Positions 29,571 to 32,000 of a stretch of 32,000 nt of DNA are shown piece by piece (position 1 is the first letter of the stretch; every line of letters starts with the position of its first letter). Made by a program: the position numbers and the translations under genes. Under the pieces are notes generated by a model. The model did no database searches. It was not told the DNA's origin and worked only from the letters and a program-made list of their open reading frames with translations. Where the stretch lies: NCBI RefSeq assembly GCF_001462395.1, contig NZ_LNTB01000002.1, forward strand, positions 30,001-62,000, given 5' to 3'. The DNA is from Pyrodictium occultum (GTDB lineage: Archaea > Thermoproteota > Thermoprotei_A > Sulfolobales > Pyrodictiaceae).

Positions 29571-32000
29571 CTACCGGCCAACCGTTATAGTCAGCTCTAC
29601 AGCGCTCTTGCTGAGCGGCTGCATGCTCACCAGGTCCTTCCAGAACAGTATCTTCACCGTGTAGGTGCCGGGCTCCGTCAGCACCGGCAGCGTCGCAGGC
29701 ACATCGACCACGCTCTTGGCCGGCACCTTGTTGATCGCGTAGTTGTAGGCCACCGGCGCACCGTCCTTGTACACCACCGCTATCACGTAGGTCGTCACGT
29801 CGTAGTCGGCGATGTTCTCCACAGGTATCACTATCACCGCCTGCTTGCCAGGCTTCACCACGCTTATGTTCTCCAGCGTGGCGGCGTCCTTCAGCACAGC
29901 CTTCTCCGGGTAGGGTATCAGCGGGTATCTCACCTTCGGCGTGGGCGCGGCAACCTTGGTGCTGTTGACTATGTCCACCGGCTTGCCGTTGGAGCCGTAC
30001 TCGTCATGGTACACCACGTACACAGTGCTGCCGGCGGGCGCGTAGATGGTGTTCGGGGCACCTATCTCGGCAGGGCTGCTGCTCAGCCTCACCGTGTACG
30101 TGAACACGCCGGTGTTGGGCCCAGTCTCGATCAGGGTTATGGTCTTCCTCACGTTGATGGCGCTGCTGTACACGGTCACGTTAACCGTGTCGATAGCGTT
30201 CGGGTCCTTGTTGGCGTCGAAGTCCTTCACTACTATAGTTAGCATGCTGTCGGGAGCCGGCTGCTCCGGCGTGAACTCTATAGTACCGTTCTCGGAGACC
30301 ACGCTGGCAGTCTTGGTTATCACCTTCTGCTGGCCGTCAGCATCGACTAGGTCGGTGTAGGACACTATCACCGTGTCTACAGGGTTGACCAGGCTGTCGT
30401 TGAGGCTCAGCGTGAACACGAAGGTGCCGTTCTCGCTGCCACCGGTCTCTGGGTACACGGTGCTCAGGTAGGGCTTTAGATCGCTGGTCTTACCGCTGGA
30501 TACCGCCAGGTAGCCCCGTACGTAGCTCGCATTCATGCCTATGAGGTCTGGGTCGTAGATCACTATCTTCACCGTGCCGAACGGGCTGACCTTCTCCGGC
30601 GTCACCGTCAGCTCCGCGGTGTGGCTGCGCACCATGAAGCTGCCGCTAGTGGTCGCGGTGTACACCTTGCCGGATATGCTGCCAGCGCTGACCGGGTCGG
30701 TGTAGCTCAGGGTTATTGCCTTGCCTATGAGGCTGCTGCACTCCACGTTCAGCTTGCTTGCTATCAGCCTTAGCAGCTCCTGGGCGGGCATGGTTAGCTG
30801 GAACTTGCCCTCAGCCACCTCATTGAAGCTGGCCCCGGCGGCGCTCTCCAGGTCGGCCACAGTTATGCTGGCGGTTGCCACGGTGCAGCCCTGGAAGCTC
30901 ACGCCGAAGGTTAGATCGCTCGGCAGCTTGTCGTTGCCGGCGCCGGGTATAGTGTCTAGGTCGGGCTCGTAGAGCGTTATCGTCACGCTGTCGCTCAGCT
31001 TATCAGCCACCGTGGGCTGGAGCGTCAGCTCGGCGGTGCTCGGGTTCTTCACCGGCAGCTCTACGGTCACGTTCTTGTCCACGCTTGTATCGTTGTACAT
31101 TATCACTAGCTTGCCGTAGGGCAGGTCGCTCAGCTGCAGCGTTATGCTCTTACCGCCGAGGGTTATCTCAACGCTGCCATTGCTGTAGAAGGTTATGCTT
31201 AGCGTGCCCTTGAAGTCACCGGTGTCTATGTCGGTCTCCGGCAGCTTTACCTCCTGTATGCTCGCCGGGCTCGTCTGCCCGTACTTCAGGAAGTAGAAGT
31301 AGAGTGTAGCGTTCTCAACCTTTGCTGGGTCGGTGTTAGCGTCGCTGTCCTTAACCTCTACTGTGTAAGTTATGCTCACGTTTGCGCCTTTGGCGGCCGC
31401 TATCGGTATCTTGCTTATGGCTATCTCCTGGCCGTTAGCCACCGCGTAGACCTTGACCTTGCCCTCTATAGCTTGTATGGCTATGGTGCTGTTGTACCAC
31501 CTGCTGTTTAGCGTGTCCTTGAAGTCCACCTCTATCTTGTCGTTGTTCTTTAGGTCTAGGTTGCGCAGGTAGAGCGGTATCTTGTAGGTGCCGGTGTCGG
31601 CGCCGGTCTCGTAGAACGTCTTGATCACGAACACCCTGTTCAGCTCAGTGCTGTTTAGCGTGTTGCCATTCTTCTTCACGTATATCTCTGCTACCGTTAT
31701 GCCGTTGGGGCTGCCGTAGTGCAGCACCGCGTGGTCGCCAGCTATCTTCATGTAGAGGGTCTCGTTAGCGCTGGGGTTGAGGTTGAGGTTGCCGCTGATC
31801 ACCTTCATTGTTACTGCCTGGAGCGGGCCAGCGGTGCTGGGCAGGCTCACAGTGGTCGGGTAGAACTCCAGCGCAGCCGTCTTACTCCTGTCTACGGGGG
31901 TGCCCTGCACCGAGTACTTGTCGTGGTAGGTCACCACTATCTTCGCCACACTGCTGTTCACGTAGATCACGCCGTTAGAGGTATCTATGCCGGCGTTCCC
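29571..32000 (-). CDS. Large secreted beta-rich repeat protein, S-layer (SlaA-like) candidate; 5' end outside the window
   Basis: The frame stays open to nt 32000 (no stop upstream of the track's GTG 31970), giving at least 809 aa. Recurrent ~100-aa modules begin x[VI]x[VI]xYxD, for example LTIVVKDFDANKDPNAIDTVNVTV...ITLIETGPNTGVFTYTV and VEVKDSDANTDPAKV. There are about 17 N-x-S/T sequons, no C-terminal TM helix, and GC3 is lower than in neighbouring genes. Confidence 0.75.
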   Translation of the reverse strand, partial: GNAGIDTSNGVIYVNSSVAKIVVTYHDKYSVQGTPVDRSKTAALEFYPTTVSLPSTAGPLQAVTMKVISGNLNLNPSANETLYMKIAGDHAVLHYGSPNGITVAEIYVKKNGNTLNSTELNRVFVIKTFYETGADTGTYKIPLYLRNLDLKNNDKIEVDFKDTLNSRWYNSTIAIQAIEGKVKVYAVANGQEIAISKIPIAAAKGANVSITYTVEVKDSDANTDPAKVENATLYFYFLKYGQTSPASIQEVKLPETDIDTGDFKGTLSITFYSNGSVEITLGGKSITLQLSDLPYGKLVIMYNDTSVDKNVTVELPVKNPSTAELTLQPTVADKLSDSVTITLYEPDLDTIPGAGNDKLPSDLTFGVSFQGCTVATASITVADLESAAGASFNEVAEGKFQLTMPAQELLRLIASKLNVECSSLIGKAITLSYTDPVSAGSISGKVYTATTSGSFMVRSHTAELTVTPEKVSPFGTVKIVIYDPDLIGMNASYVRGYLAVSSGKTSDLKPYLSTVYPETGGSENGTFVFTLSLNDSLVNPVDTVIVSYTDLVDADGQQKVITKTASVVSENGTIEFTPEQPAPDSMLTIVVKDFDANKDPNAIDTVNVTVYSSAINVRKTITLIETGPNTGVFTYTVRLSSSPAEIGAPNTIYAPAGSTVYVVYHDEYGSNGKPVDIVNSTKVAAPTPKVRYPLIPYPEKAVLKDAATLENISVVKPGKQAVIVIPVENIADYDVTTYVIAVVYKDGAPVAYNYAINKVPAKSVVDVPATLPVLTEPGTYTVKILFWKDLVSMQPLSKSAVELTITVGR

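Noticed and set aside
29496-30242. A 248-aa plus-strand ORF.
   Set aside because: It lies antisense to the large S-layer-like gene. It is His/Arg/Val-rich and has no motifs.
1-32000. CRISPR arrays, IS elements, integrases, toxin-antitoxin or known defence genes. Also the frequent CCCCGGGG / CCCGGG palindromes taken as a repeat family.
   Set aside because: I saw no regularly spaced direct repeats and no transposase or integrase motifs. The short GC palindromes occur throughout coding DNA and are explained by base composition. The exceptions are reported separately.

Overview
This is a gene-dense archaeal chromosomal segment of roughly 65-70% GC. It has hyperthermophilic crenarchaeote-type hallmarks: AGG/ATA codon use, many GTG/TTG starts, small AT-rich TATA islands in otherwise GC-rich spacers, short or absent leaders, oligo-T terminators and 4-8 nt start/stop overlaps inside operons.

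I can support 31 protein-coding genes. Two of them, hypA and a large S-layer-like gene, have their 5' ends outside the window. I saw no rRNA, tRNA, CRISPR array, transposase, integrase or recognisable defence gene.

The content is mostly core metabolism:
- HypA tail, SufC plus a SufB/D-family protein, and a Pab87-type serine hydrolase.
- A TrmB-family regulator.
- Futalosine-route menaquinone genes in three separate blocks: two MqnE/MqnC-type radical SAM enzymes plus MqnA-like; MqnD-like; and a UbiA/UbiD-type pair.
- A tungsten aldehyde:ferredoxin oxidoreductase, HisC, Upp, a Roadblock/LC7 protein, stomatin and a DUF89 phosphatase.
- A homocitrate/isopropylmalate synthase with a RAM domain, PhoU and a FeoC-like regulator.
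- An MthK-like K+ channel and the ADP-forming acetyl-CoA synthetase alpha subunit.

Many long ORFs in the supplied track are antisense or out-of-frame shadows, because stop codons are rare at this GC content. Several listed starts are over-extended for the same reason.

I did not find a convincing novel multi-gene system. The best leads, in order:
1. A SlaA/SlaB-like two-gene S-layer locus at 28.1-32.0 kb with shifted base composition.
2. A 23-bp palindrome over the predicted transcription start between the TrmB regulator and the first futalosine gene.
3. A 395-nt GC-rich non-coding gap (3007-3401) carrying a box C/D (K-turn)-like element.
4. Tandem GC palindromes in front of an operon of an unknown protein plus a FeoC-like protein.
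5. A sirtuin-like gene with all catalytic motifs degenerate and an apparent frameshift.

Every family assignment comes from motif recognition by eye. No database search was run.
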